NCBI GenBank assembly: GCA_016793645.1
Contig: JAEUHD010000212.1
Location: forward strand, 37-64,036
From: Verrucomicrobiales bacterium
Lineage (GTDB): Bacteria > Verrucomicrobiota > Verrucomicrobiia > Limisphaerales > UBA9464
Length of the DNA stretch: 64,000 nt
Direction of reading: 5' to 3'
The notes below the pieces were generated by a model, which was given only the letters and a program-made list of their open reading frames with translations, was not told where the DNA came from and did no database searches. Of the stretch, positions 20,577 to 29,496 are shown piece after piece. The position numbers were made by a program, and so were the translations under genes. Position 1 is the stretch's first letter. Each line of letters begins with the position of its first letter.

Positions 20577-23414
20577 ATGCGTTCCCGATCCGGAATCCGA
20601 CCGATCTTCCTGGCGGCACTCGCCGCTGCGGCCACAGGGGTCGTGCGAGGGTCCGATCCTGCGCAGGGACACGAGGTCCCACCCCGGCGCAGTCCCCCGG
20701 CATCTCCCGCCGCCGCAGCCGGTGCCATGGCTCCGGCCGCTTCCCCGGACCCTCCGCGGAAATCCGACGGGTGGTCCTTTCAACCCCTTCACCCGTCGAT
20801 TCCTCCAACCGTCCGCACTCGCCACTGGGCAAGGAATCCCATCGACGCCTACATCCTTTCCGGCCTGGAGTCAGCCGGGCTCGAGCCGTCGCCCGAGGCA
20901 AATCGCCGCACCCTGGTTCGGCGCGCCTCCCTGGATCTCCTCGGGCTCCCGCCGGATCCCGAGAGCGCCGAGGAGTTCGTCCAGAACCCTTCCCCGGACG
21001 CCTGGCCGCGTCTCGTCACGCGACTGCTCGACAACCCCCGGTTCGGGGAACGCTGGGCGCGACACTGGCTGGACATCGCCCGGTTCGCGGAGAGCTCCGG
21101 ATTCGAGCACGACACCGATCGCCCTTCGGCCTATCACTATCGGGACTTTGTCATCCGGGCGTTCAACGAGGACCTGCCCTTTGACCAGTTCGTCCGCTGG
21201 CAGCTCGCCGGAGACGAATTCGAACCGGAGACACCGCTGGCCCTGATGGCCACCGGGTTCCTCGGGGCGGGAGTGTTCCCCACCCAGATCACCGCCAACG
21301 AAGTGGAGCGGACCCGCTACGATGCGCTGGACGACATGCTGTCCACGGCGGGTAGCGCGTTCCTCGGGTTGACGATCGGGTGCGCCCGATGTCACGACCA
21401 CAAATACGATCCGATCCCCACCCGGGACTACTATCGGATGCTCTCCATCTTCACGAGCACGGTCCGCAGCGAGGTCGAGCTGGATCTGAATCCCGAGGAG
21501 ACCCGACGGACCCAGGCCGAACACGAACGAGGACGCCGGGGTCTCCTGGATGCGCAGTTGGGCTACGAACAGCAGGTGCTTCCCGGCCGCTTTGAGCACT
21601 GGCTCGCCACGGGAGCCCAGGAACCGGCCCCCGCGTGGGCGTTGCCCGGGACCTTCGAAATCCAATCCAAGGCAGGCGCGAAGTTCCGCTCCCTTGAAGA
21701 CGGCTCACACCTGGCGGAGGGACGCAATGCGGACAGCGACGTTTACACCCTTCACGCGGAGGTCCCTACCCCCGGCATCCGGGCCCTGCGACTGGAGGCG
21801 CTTTCGGACGTCTCCCTGCCCCGCGGAGGGCCGGGACGGGCCGACAACGGCAACTTTGGATTGAGCCGGATTCGGATCTTCTCGTCCCCAATCTCCGGGG
21901 GGCCGACTAATGAACTCCGAATTGCTTCCGCCCGGGCGACATTCGAGCAGAACACCGGCCCGCTCTCCATCGCATCGGCACTGGATGACGATCCAAAAAC
22001 CGGCTGGGCTGTGGATCCCCGGTTCGGAACCAACCACGCCGCCGTTTTTGAATTCTCCGCCCCCCCCGAAGGACCCGGGGGCGTCCGCCTCACGATACAC
22101 CTCGAATTCGAGGTCAATACCCGCCATCACATCGGCCGGCCGCGCATGGCCGTCAGTACGAGCCCCCACCCGCCCTTGGACGGGGAACCGGTGCCCCCGC
22201 AGATTCCCACCCTGCTGGCCATCGCACAGGCGCAATCCGAATCCCCGCAGTGGCCGGCCGGGGGAAAGGACCAACTCCGCGAGTGGTGGAAGCGGAGGGA
22301 TCCGGGTTGGTCGGCACTTCAGTCCCGGTTGAACGAATACGACCGCAACGCACCCCAGCCGAAACGGACGCGTGTCCTGGTGTGCGCCGAGGGATATCCC
22401 GCCCTTCGCATGAACACCCAGGGTGCGGACTTCTTCCCGGAAACCTATTTTCTCCAACGGGGCAGCACGGACCTCAAGTCCGGTGTCGCCGCACCGGGAT
22501 ACCTCCACGCACTTCCCGGGGGTTCCGTCGATGAATCCCGATGGAACTGGCAGCCTCCCCGGGGCGCGCGTTTTTCGGGCAGACGCCGGGCCCTTGCAAC
22601 CTGGATGACGGATGTGGACCGGGGAGCGGGGGCTTTGCTCGCGCGCGTGATCGTCAACCGCCTGTGGCAACATCATTTTGGCCGCGGGTTGGTGGCCACC
22701 CCAAACGATTTCGGAGCCCAGGGTGCCCGGCCCTCCCATCCGGAGCTTCTGGACTGGCTCGCGGGCGAACTCATCCGGTCCGGATGGCGGCTGAAGCACA
22801 TCCATGCGCTGATTCTCACCAGCGCCACCTATCGGCAGTCCGTTCGACCGCCCCAGGAAGGGATTGATCCGGACCCCGGCAATGCCTATTGGGGTCGTTG
22901 GGTTCCGCGTCGACTCGAGGGGGAGGTCATCCGCGACTCCTTGCTTCACATCTCCGGCTGCCTCGACTCCTCGATGCAGGGTCCGGGAACCCGCGATCTC
23001 TCCAGTCGACGCAGAAGCATCTATTTCACGGTCAAGCGGAGTGAACTGATCCCCGTGCTTCAGGCGTTTGACGCACCCGAACCGCTCGTCAGCCAGGGAA
23101 CCCGTCCGGTCACCACCGTCGCCCCCCAGGCTCTCTTCCTGATGAACAGTCCCCAGATCCGCGATTGGGCCGCGCATCTTGCCCGCCGGATCGACCCGGA
23201 CCCGACCGCCCCCCTCGTCACTCCGATCACGCGCGCCTACGGCTTCGCCCTGAATCGAGCCCCGGTTGAATCCGAGCAGGACGACGCGATCGCCTACGTC
23301 GGCAGCCAGGAGGATCGCCATCGGGCGGCCGGACATTCCGATCCACGGGGCGCCGCCCTGACGGACTTCGCCCAGGTGGTCCTGTGTCTCAACGAATGCA
23401 TCTATGTGGAATAA
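20577..23414 (+). CDS. DUF1549/DUF1553 (PSD1) domain protein
   Basis: Start reset to MRSRSGIRPIFLAALAAAATG. Motifs: NPIDAYI...GLEPSPEA.RRTL.RR.SLDL.GLPP and CARCHDHKYDPIPTRDYY, with a DUF1553-like C-terminus. Confidence 0.9.
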   Translation: MRSRSGIRPIFLAALAAAATGVVRGSDPAQGHEVPPRRSPPASPAAAAGAMAPAASPDPPRKSDGWSFQPLHPSIPPTVRTRHWARNPIDAYILSGLESAGLEPSPEANRRTLVRRASLDLLGLPPDPESAEEFVQNPSPDAWPRLVTRLLDNPRFGERWARHWLDIARFAESSGFEHDTDRPSAYHYRDFVIRAFNEDLPFDQFVRWQLAGDEFEPETPLALMATGFLGAGVFPTQITANEVERTRYDALDDMLSTAGSAFLGLTIGCARCHDHKYDPIPTRDYYRMLSIFTSTVRSEVELDLNPEETRRTQAEHERGRRGLLDAQLGYEQQVLPGRFEHWLATGAQEPAPAWALPGTFEIQSKAGAKFRSLEDGSHLAEGRNADSDVYTLHAEVPTPGIRALRLEALSDVSLPRGGPGRADNGNFGLSRIRIFSSPISGGPTNELRIASARATFEQNTGPLSIASALDDDPKTGWAVDPRFGTNHAAVFEFSAPPEGPGGVRLTIHLEFEVNTRHHIGRPRMAVSTSPHPPLDGEPVPPQIPTLLAIAQAQSESPQWPAGGKDQLREWWKRRDPGWSALQSRLNEYDRNAPQPKRTRVLVCAEGYPALRMNTQGADFFPETYFLQRGSTDLKSGVAAPGYLHALPGGSVDESRWNWQPPRGARFSGRRRALATWMTDVDRGAGALLARVIVNRLWQHHFGRGLVATPNDFGAQGARPSHPELLDWLAGELIRSGWRLKHIHALILTSATYRQSVRPPQEGIDPDPGNAYWGRWVPRRLEGEVIRDSLLHISGCLDSSMQGPGTRDLSSRRRSIYFTVKRSELIPVLQAFDAPEPLVSQGTRPVTTVAPQALFLMNSPQIRDWAAHLARRIDPDPTAPLVTPITRAYGFALNRAPVESEQDDAIAYVGSQEDRHRAAGHSDPRGAALTDFAQVVLCLNECIYVE

Positions 23415-24843
23415 TCCAAACCCGGTTTCACGCCGCGACCTTCTGCGCCGGGCCGGATGCGGAGCGGGCCTGCTGGGACTGGCCGGACTTCTTCGCGATG
23501 AGCACCTGCTCGGCGGGGAGACCTCCGCGGATCCGCTTCTGGCGCGTCCGGCACCCCACCGTGCCCGCGCCCGCTCCGTTATCTGGCTGTTCATGAACGG
23601 AGGTCCCAGCCAGGTGGACACCTGGGACTACAAGCCCGGATTGATCCGCAGCGACGGAAAGGAACTGGAGGGGTTTGACAAGAAAACCGGGTTCTTTGCG
23701 GAGTCGGTCGGTCCGATCATGAAGTCGCCCTTCTCCTGGGCGCAGTACGGCGACAGCGGCACCTGGGTCAGCGATCTGTTTCCCCACCTTTCTGCGCACG
23801 TGGACAAAATGGCGTTCCTTCATTCGTGCCATACCCAGTCCAACAATCACAGTCCGGCGCTCTTCATGATCAACACGGGATCCACCCGCATGGGCTTTCC
23901 CTGCGTGGGATCCTGGGTGACCTACGGCCTCGGGAGCGAAAGCCGAAACCTTCCGGCATTCGTCGTCATGAGCGATCCGCTGGACCGCGGCCTGCCCAAG
24001 GGCAACGCCAGCAACTGGGGGGCGGGATTTCTCCCCTCCGTGTATCAGGGCACCTGGCTGCGTCCCAAGGGCGAACCCATGGACAATCTCCTACCGCCCG
24101 GCGGAGCTGGGCCCCTGGATCAGCGGGCACAACTGGATCTGCTGGCCCGACTGAACCAACGCCAGTCGGCCGGATCCCCGATTGAAGGGGAACTGGGAGC
24201 CCGCATCGGGAGCTTTGAACTCGCCTACCGGATGCAGACGGCGGCTCCGGAGACCTTTGACATCACCCGTGAGCCTGCCCGGGTCCAACGGCTCTATGGC
24301 CTGGATCAGCCCCACTGCCGCCACGTGGCCGCACAATGCCTCATGGCGCGTCGCATGGTGGAACGCGGGGTCCGATTTGTTCAGATCTACTCGGGGGGAA
24401 TGGAGAACCAGAGGAGCTGGGACGGGCATGAGGACATCGCCGGGAATCATCGTGGGTTCGCCCGCGAAACGGACCAGCCGATTGCCGGACTCCTGTCCGA
24501 TCTGGACCAACGCGGCCTGCTTGACGAGACGCTCGTCATCTGGGGAGGCGAGTTTGGTCGGCTCCCGGTGTCCCAAAAGGGAGGCAAGCCCGGACGGGAT
24601 CACAATCCCCATGCCTTCACCTACTGGATGGCCGGAGGCGGGGTTCGGGGAGGAATGCACCACGGCTCCACGGATGAACTGGGCCATCGGGCCGCCATTG
24701 ATCGCGTCAGCATCAACGACCTCCACGCCACGATCCTCCACCTGATGGGCTTCGACCACGAACGCCTCACCTATTTCCACAATGGACGCCATTTCCGGCT
24801 CACCGACGTGTCCGGGGAAGTGGTCCGCTCCATTGTGTCATGA
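23404..24843 (+). CDS. DUF1501 domain protein (sulfatase-like fold) with Tat signal
   Basis: SRRDLLRRAGCGAGLLGLAG twin-arginine leader, plus NGGPSQVDTWDYKP and GRDHNPHAFT. It overlaps the upstream stop by 11 nt, the classic pairing with DUF1553. Confidence 0.9.
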   Translation: MWNNPNPVSRRDLLRRAGCGAGLLGLAGLLRDEHLLGGETSADPLLARPAPHRARARSVIWLFMNGGPSQVDTWDYKPGLIRSDGKELEGFDKKTGFFAESVGPIMKSPFSWAQYGDSGTWVSDLFPHLSAHVDKMAFLHSCHTQSNNHSPALFMINTGSTRMGFPCVGSWVTYGLGSESRNLPAFVVMSDPLDRGLPKGNASNWGAGFLPSVYQGTWLRPKGEPMDNLLPPGGAGPLDQRAQLDLLARLNQRQSAGSPIEGELGARIGSFELAYRMQTAAPETFDITREPARVQRLYGLDQPHCRHVAAQCLMARRMVERGVRFVQIYSGGMENQRSWDGHEDIAGNHRGFARETDQPIAGLLSDLDQRGLLDETLVIWGGEFGRLPVSQKGGKPGRDHNPHAFTYWMAGGGVRGGMHHGSTDELGHRAAIDRVSINDLHATILHLMGFDHERLTYFHNGRHFRLTDVSGEVVRSIVS

Positions 24844-24885
24844 ACAGGAACCATCGCAGCGACCTCCTGCCGCGCGCCACGGGCG

Positions 24886-25356
24886 TCAACGCACGGAATG
24901 GACTCGCAGTTCGGACGCCCCCTCCGCAACCCGCATCCAGTCGCTCAACCAGTAGCCGAACCCTTCCCACTGGTGGCATCCCATCGTATCCCACGCGTCC
25001 ACCAACAACCATTGGACCCGCTGCGCCCGGGAAAAGAGTCGTGGAACTCGAAGCGGCAGGCGACCGCCGGGCTCCGACTCCGCGGCCGAGAGGGCAATCG
25101 CGAGTCCACGGGCAAAATCCAGCCGCAAGGAGAACAAACACCGGACGACAGGTTCCAACGGGGGAAGTTCACCCGTCGCCGCGAACTCACGGGCAATCGA
25201 ATCCACCACCGATCGGCGCTCCGGCTCCACAAATGCAAGCTCCTCCAGCCACCCATCCTCGACACAGGCATGTTCCGCCAGGATTGGATCGATCCGGCAC
25301 AGTTCAGGCCAGTCCCCGTCCACCAGCCATGCTTTTACTTGCGACCAGGGTGTCAT
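24886..25356 (-). CDS. Hypothetical cytoplasmic protein (156 aa), no family recognised
   Basis: Protein-like composition (W/E/L-rich). The overlapping plus-strand ORF 24898..25362 is R/P/G/Q-rich junk. Confidence 0.5.
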   Translation of the reverse strand: MTPWSQVKAWLVDGDWPELCRIDPILAEHACVEDGWLEELAFVEPERRSVVDSIAREFAATGELPPLEPVVRCLFSLRLDFARGLAIALSAAESEPGGRLPLRVPRLFSRAQRVQWLLVDAWDTMGCHQWEGFGYWLSDWMRVAEGASELRVHSVR

Positions 25357-25524
25357 GTTTGATCAGGCGTGGAATTCTTACCTATTTTTTACAGTGGAGG
25401 CAAGCCAAGACCCGGAATTGTGGGCGATTCGATCTCGCCACTGTGGACAACGCGGCGCGGGTTTGATTCCTTACATAAAACCGCTCCGTCTGAACGGCCG
25501 GCGAATCCCGCGGAAGAACAGCCC

Positions 25525-26349
25525 ATGAAGACGGTTGCACTCCCGGCGCCGGGCCGTCCCCAGGGAAGGCCGGCTCTGCGGCGCGCATTCACCTTGATTG
25601 AACTGCTGGTGGTGACCGCCATCATCGCCATCCTGGCCGGCCTGCTCCTCCCGGCCCTCGCGCGGGCCCGGACCCGGGCACAGGAGCTCCGATGCAGCAG
25701 CAATCTCCGGCAGATCGGGCTCGCTCATTTCATGTATGTGAACGACCTCGGGGCAACCCTTCCCTACAACATCGGGGGCAATCTGTGGATGCAGGGACTC
25801 ATCCAACAATACGCCCAGGTGGACCGAATCCGCATCTGTCCGACGGCCCCCTATCGAAGGCAGATCCCGAGGGGCACGGCGACAACCGCCTGGGTGTGGG
25901 GCGGTGAGATCCAGCCGGGAACCGGGGATCCGCGTTGGACGGGCAGCTACGGGCTGAATGGATGGATGTACCAGGGCGACTGGTCGGTCCAGGATAACCG
26001 CCCACCGGTCGCCAACGCATTCCGACGGGAATCCGACATTCAATTCCCCACCCAGACACCGGTCTTTTTTGACGCCATGTGGGTTGACGCATGGCCCAAG
26101 GAGACGGATCGCCCCGCTCGCAATCTCCTGGAGGGGGCCACAACACTGGGGAGTATTTCGTGCCTGACCATCGCACGACACGGCTCTGGATCCCGGGGTG
26201 TTCCAAAATCAATTCCCCTGGGAACCCGGCTTCCCGGCGCGATCAACCTCGCCTTTGCCGACGGACATGTCACGCCCATGCCCTTGGAGGGACTTTGGAA
26301 TCCCGCCTGGCACAAGAACTGGCAACCACCCCACCCACGCCCCCCATGA
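25525..26349 (+). CDS. Prepilin-type N-terminal cleavage/methylation domain protein (H-X9-DG / DUF1559-like)
   Basis: Start reset to [10 protein letters not shown] (ATG 25525). It has [29 protein letters not shown] and a C-terminal AFADGHV. Confidence 0.85.
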   Translation: MKTVALPAPGRPQGRPALRRAFTLIELLVVTAIIAILAGLLLPALARARTRAQELRCSSNLRQIGLAHFMYVNDLGATLPYNIGGNLWMQGLIQQYAQVDRIRICPTAPYRRQIPRGTATTAWVWGGEIQPGTGDPRWTGSYGLNGWMYQGDWSVQDNRPPVANAFRRESDIQFPTQTPVFFDAMWVDAWPKETDRPARNLLEGATTLGSISCLTIARHGSGSRGVPKSIPLGTRLPGAINLAFADGHVTPMPLEGLWNPAWHKNWQPPHPRPP

Positions 26350-26370
26350 AGAGGCTCCCAAACCCACCGA

Positions 26371-26664
26371 TCACTTCCCGGGAGGAGCGTTCTCAAGGAG
26401 CTTCTGGTCCCCCCATTGCACCAACTGCCCATTTCGAAAATAAGCGAACACCTCGTCGGTTCCCTTCTCTCCAAAGCGAAGGATTTCAATCGCGCTGCCG
26501 TCTGCTTCCTTCCGTGCGCCCGCAACGGTGTAGTCGCTCCCCAGGAGTTTCACCACCTGCTCCCGATTCATTCCGAGTTGAAGCTTTCGCGTCCGCGAGT
26601 CCAGGGAGGAACAGGCCGTCAGCATCGTCAGAACCAAGGTCAGAAACAGCAACGTGGGCTTCAT
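26371..26664 (-). CDS. Small lipoprotein, BamE/SmpA-OmlA-like
   Basis: Start reset to MKPTLLFLTLVLTMLTAC (LTAC lipobox; cat at 26662-26664). It has an LGMNREQVVKLLG motif. Confidence 0.65.
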   Translation of the reverse strand: MKPTLLFLTLVLTMLTACSSLDSRTRKLQLGMNREQVVKLLGSDYTVAGARKEADGSAIEILRFGEKGTDEVFAYFRNGQLVQWGDQKLLENAPPGK

Positions 26665-26821
26665 GGCGGCAACGCTATCCCGAACCCGGAAGGACACGCA
26701 AGCGACGTGCTCGAGCCACGTACGGGAGCCCTCCATCCCAACCCCCGGAATCCCCTGTCCACGGCCTCTTGACTCCCGAGCGGTCACGGACACCGCTTCC
26801 GAACCGGCACGATCCCCATCC

Positions 26822-27268
26822 ATGAATCGGCAATTCCAATGTCCTTCCTGCGGCGCTCCCCTCGGAGCGCATTCCTCCCTGTCGACGGAGTCGCCTCCGG
26901 CGTGTCCGCACTGCGGCTGGCGCAGCGCCCCGGCCCCAACGCCGTCCCGGCTTCCCCGGGAACTCCTCAAGTCCGTGTTCGCCGGCCTGGCCGGAATCCT
27001 CCTGGGAGCCCTCATCGGCCATTCCCAACTGATGGCCCTGTTCCTTTTCCTCGCCCTCGGACCACTCGCCACGATCCAAATCGCCCGGAAGACCACGGGA
27101 ATCTGGTGGCTCCAGGTCCTGGTCTACTCCGCCGCCCTCGCCATCGGCATGATCCTCTGGAATGACGGACAGACCGTCTCGGCCGGCGATTGGAGGGCGC
27201 CGGCCTCCGGGGCCATCCTTTCCGCGGTTTCAGGAATCCTGGCCGGACTTCTGGGGCGCCCGGCCTGA
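26822..27268 (+). CDS. Zinc-ribbon membrane protein, hypothetical
   Basis: MNRQFQCPSCGAPL...CPHCGW (CxxC x2), followed by about 4 hydrophobic helices. Confidence 0.55.
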   Translation: MNRQFQCPSCGAPLGAHSSLSTESPPACPHCGWRSAPAPTPSRLPRELLKSVFAGLAGILLGALIGHSQLMALFLFLALGPLATIQIARKTTGIWWLQVLVYSAALAIGMILWNDGQTVSAGDWRAPASGAILSAVSGILAGLLGRPA

Positions 27269-27376
27269 GCCGAGGCGGAACACTTGGATGAATTCCGGGT
27301 ACCCCTTCCCATCCATTGAATTCCCGCGCCCGTCCCGCGTCCGAGGCCCGGCATCCTCACACTCCATCCCCACGTC

Positions 27377-28654
27377 ATGAACACCCGATCCCGAATTCAC
27401 CGCCGCCGCTTTCTCAAGACTTCGATCGCCTCCCTGGCCACGGTCTCCATTGTCCCCCGCCATGTCCTCGGCGGCGCGGGGTTCACCGCCCCCAACGACA
27501 TTCCGACCCGAGCCGTCATTGGCACCGGGGGCATGGGCATGGGACACGTGAAATCGGTCAACACAGCCTGCAAACTGGTGGCCGTGTGTGATGTGGACAC
27601 CAATCACCTCGCCGAAGCGGTGAAGGCGGGCGGTCCCGACTGCAAGGGCTACCGGGACTTCCGTGAGGTGCTCGCCCGGAAGGACGTGGACATCGTCCAC
27701 ATTCCCACCCCGCCGCACTGGCACGCGATCATCTCCATTGCCGCGGCAAGGGCGGGCAAGGACATCTGGTGCGAAAAGCCCATGACCCGAACCATCGGCG
27801 AGGGCGAGGCTGTGATGGCCGCGATCCGCGAGAACAACCGAATCTTCCGGCTCAACACCTGGTTCCGGTTTCAGGACGGATTCTACGGCATGGGGGTTCC
27901 GGTGAAACCGATCCGAAAGGCCGTCATGAACGGAATGCTGGGCTGGCCAATCAAGGCAACCCTCAGCGCCACGACCGGATTCGACTGGAAATTCGGCTGG
28001 GTGGGACGCACGGACCTCACCCCGCAGCCGGTGCCGCCGGAACTCGACTACGACTTTTGGCTCGGGCCCGCTCCGTTCAAACCCTATCACCCCCATCGGG
28101 TCCATGGCACATTCCGCGGCTACTGGGACTACGACGGCGGCGGCCTCGGCGACATGGGCCAGCACTATCTGGACCCGGTCCAATACATCCTCGGCAAGGA
28201 CGACGAAAGCCCGGTCGAGATTGAGGCCGACGCCCCGAAACAGGACGCGGACGCGGTGGGAACCTTCCGCGTCATCCGGATGAAATACCGCGATGGCTGT
28301 GAGATCATCCTGGACGGGGAAAACCGGGACAAATCCGCCGCCTTCCTCCAGGGACCCAACGGCAAAATCTTCAAGGGCATGAAATCCGATATCGTCGACT
28401 TCGAATCCAAGCTGGCGGGAATGAAGGATCCGGAGCCCCAGATCACGGACTTCCTGGAATCCGTGCGCACCCGGAAAAAGTTCGCGCTCAACGAACTGAA
28501 CGGCCACCGCTCCTGCACGCTCGTCAACCTCGCCAAGACCGCGATGCAGACCGGACGTGTCCTCCGTTTCGATTCCAAGACGCAGCGCTTCGTGGACGAC
28601 GCCAACGCCAACCAATACATCCTCCAGCCCATGCGTGGCCCGTGGACCTTGTAG
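27377..28654 (+). CDS. Gfo/Idh/MocA family oxidoreductase with Tat signal
   Basis: RRRFLKTSIASLATVSIV leader, IGTGGMGMGH Rossmann motif, EKP motif (WCEKPM). Confidence 0.9.
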   Translation: MNTRSRIHRRRFLKTSIASLATVSIVPRHVLGGAGFTAPNDIPTRAVIGTGGMGMGHVKSVNTACKLVAVCDVDTNHLAEAVKAGGPDCKGYRDFREVLARKDVDIVHIPTPPHWHAIISIAAARAGKDIWCEKPMTRTIGEGEAVMAAIRENNRIFRLNTWFRFQDGFYGMGVPVKPIRKAVMNGMLGWPIKATLSATTGFDWKFGWVGRTDLTPQPVPPELDYDFWLGPAPFKPYHPHRVHGTFRGYWDYDGGGLGDMGQHYLDPVQYILGKDDESPVEIEADAPKQDADAVGTFRVIRMKYRDGCEIILDGENRDKSAAFLQGPNGKIFKGMKSDIVDFESKLAGMKDPEPQITDFLESVRTRKKFALNELNGHRSCTLVNLAKTAMQTGRVLRFDSKTQRFVDDANANQYILQPMRGPWTL

Positions 28655-28734
28655 CCCATCCCGCCCCCGGTCTCATGCCACCGGGATTCTCCACCTTGTC
28701 TCGCCTTCAATTCCCACACTACCCTGATTCCACC

Positions 28735-29460
28735 ATGAAGCCCATCTCCGCCCTCGGAGCCTCCCTTGTCGCCGCCCTTTCCCTTTGGGCCGCGGATTCC
28801 GCCGCCCCCAACCAACTGACCGCACAGGAGAAGGCGGACGGTTGGACCCTGCTGTTCGACGGGCAGTCCTTCAGCGGCTGGACAAACTTCAAGAGCCCCA
28901 AGGTCCGCCCGGGCTGGAAGATTCAGGAGGGCGCCCTGGTCTGTGTGGATCCCCATGATGCGGGTGATCTGGTCAGTCCCGGATCCTACGACTGGTTCGA
29001 ACTGCAGCTCGACTACAACATTTCCGAAGGCGGCAACAGCGGCATTATGTACCACGTGTCCGACGCCGGGAACGCCGCCTGGGCGAGCGGCCCCGAGTTT
29101 CAACTGGAGGACAATGCGAAGGCGGCGGACTCGCAGCGGTGTGGGTGGCTCTACGCCCTGTATCAGCCCCCGGTGGATCCCAAGACCGGCAAGCCGCTGG
29201 ATGCCACCAAGCCGGCGGGCCAGTGGAATCATGTCCGGCTCGTCATCGCGCCGGACGGATGCATCCACGAAATCAACGGCGTGAAATACTTCACCTACGT
29301 GCTCGGCAGTGACGATTTCAATGCGCGCGTGGCGAAGAGCAAGTTTGCCTCGATGCCCTTGTTTGCGAAGTCCTCCAAGGGCCACATCGCCCTCCAGGGG
29401 GATCACGGACAGGTTTCCTTCCGGAACATCAAACTCCGTCCGATCCCGGCCAAGCCTTGA
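28735..29460 (+). CDS. DUF1080 (3-keto-disaccharide hydrolase-like) domain protein, secreted
   Basis: Start reset to MKPISALGASLVAALSLWA. Motifs: GWTLLFDG.S..GW, NSGIMYH, FQLEDN, IALQGDHGQVSFRNIKLRPI. Confidence 0.85.
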   Translation: MKPISALGASLVAALSLWAADSAAPNQLTAQEKADGWTLLFDGQSFSGWTNFKSPKVRPGWKIQEGALVCVDPHDAGDLVSPGSYDWFELQLDYNISEGGNSGIMYHVSDAGNAAWASGPEFQLEDNAKAADSQRCGWLYALYQPPVDPKTGKPLDATKPAGQWNHVRLVIAPDGCIHEINGVKYFTYVLGSDDFNARVAKSKFASMPLFAKSSKGHIALQGDHGQVSFRNIKLRPIPAKP

Positions 29461-29496
29461 GCCGCAGGAGCGGTCACCGATCGTCCTTGGAATCCC

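Noticed and set aside
24898-25362. 154-aa plus-strand ORF overlapping the minus-strand hypothetical gene 24886..25356
   Set aside because: It is Q/R/P/G/H-rich with no hydrophobic core pattern. The minus-strand product has normal globular composition.
25392-25444. tRNA-like fragment: ACAGTGG...GGCGA-TTCGATC-TCGCC-ACTGT (T-arm-like hairpin with a TTCGAnC loop)
   Set aside because: Only about 53 nt lie between the would-be acceptor strands, so there is no room for D and anticodon arms. The acceptor and T-stem pairings also compete for the same bases. It is at most a relic or a chance hairpin in the promoter region of the prepilin-like gene.
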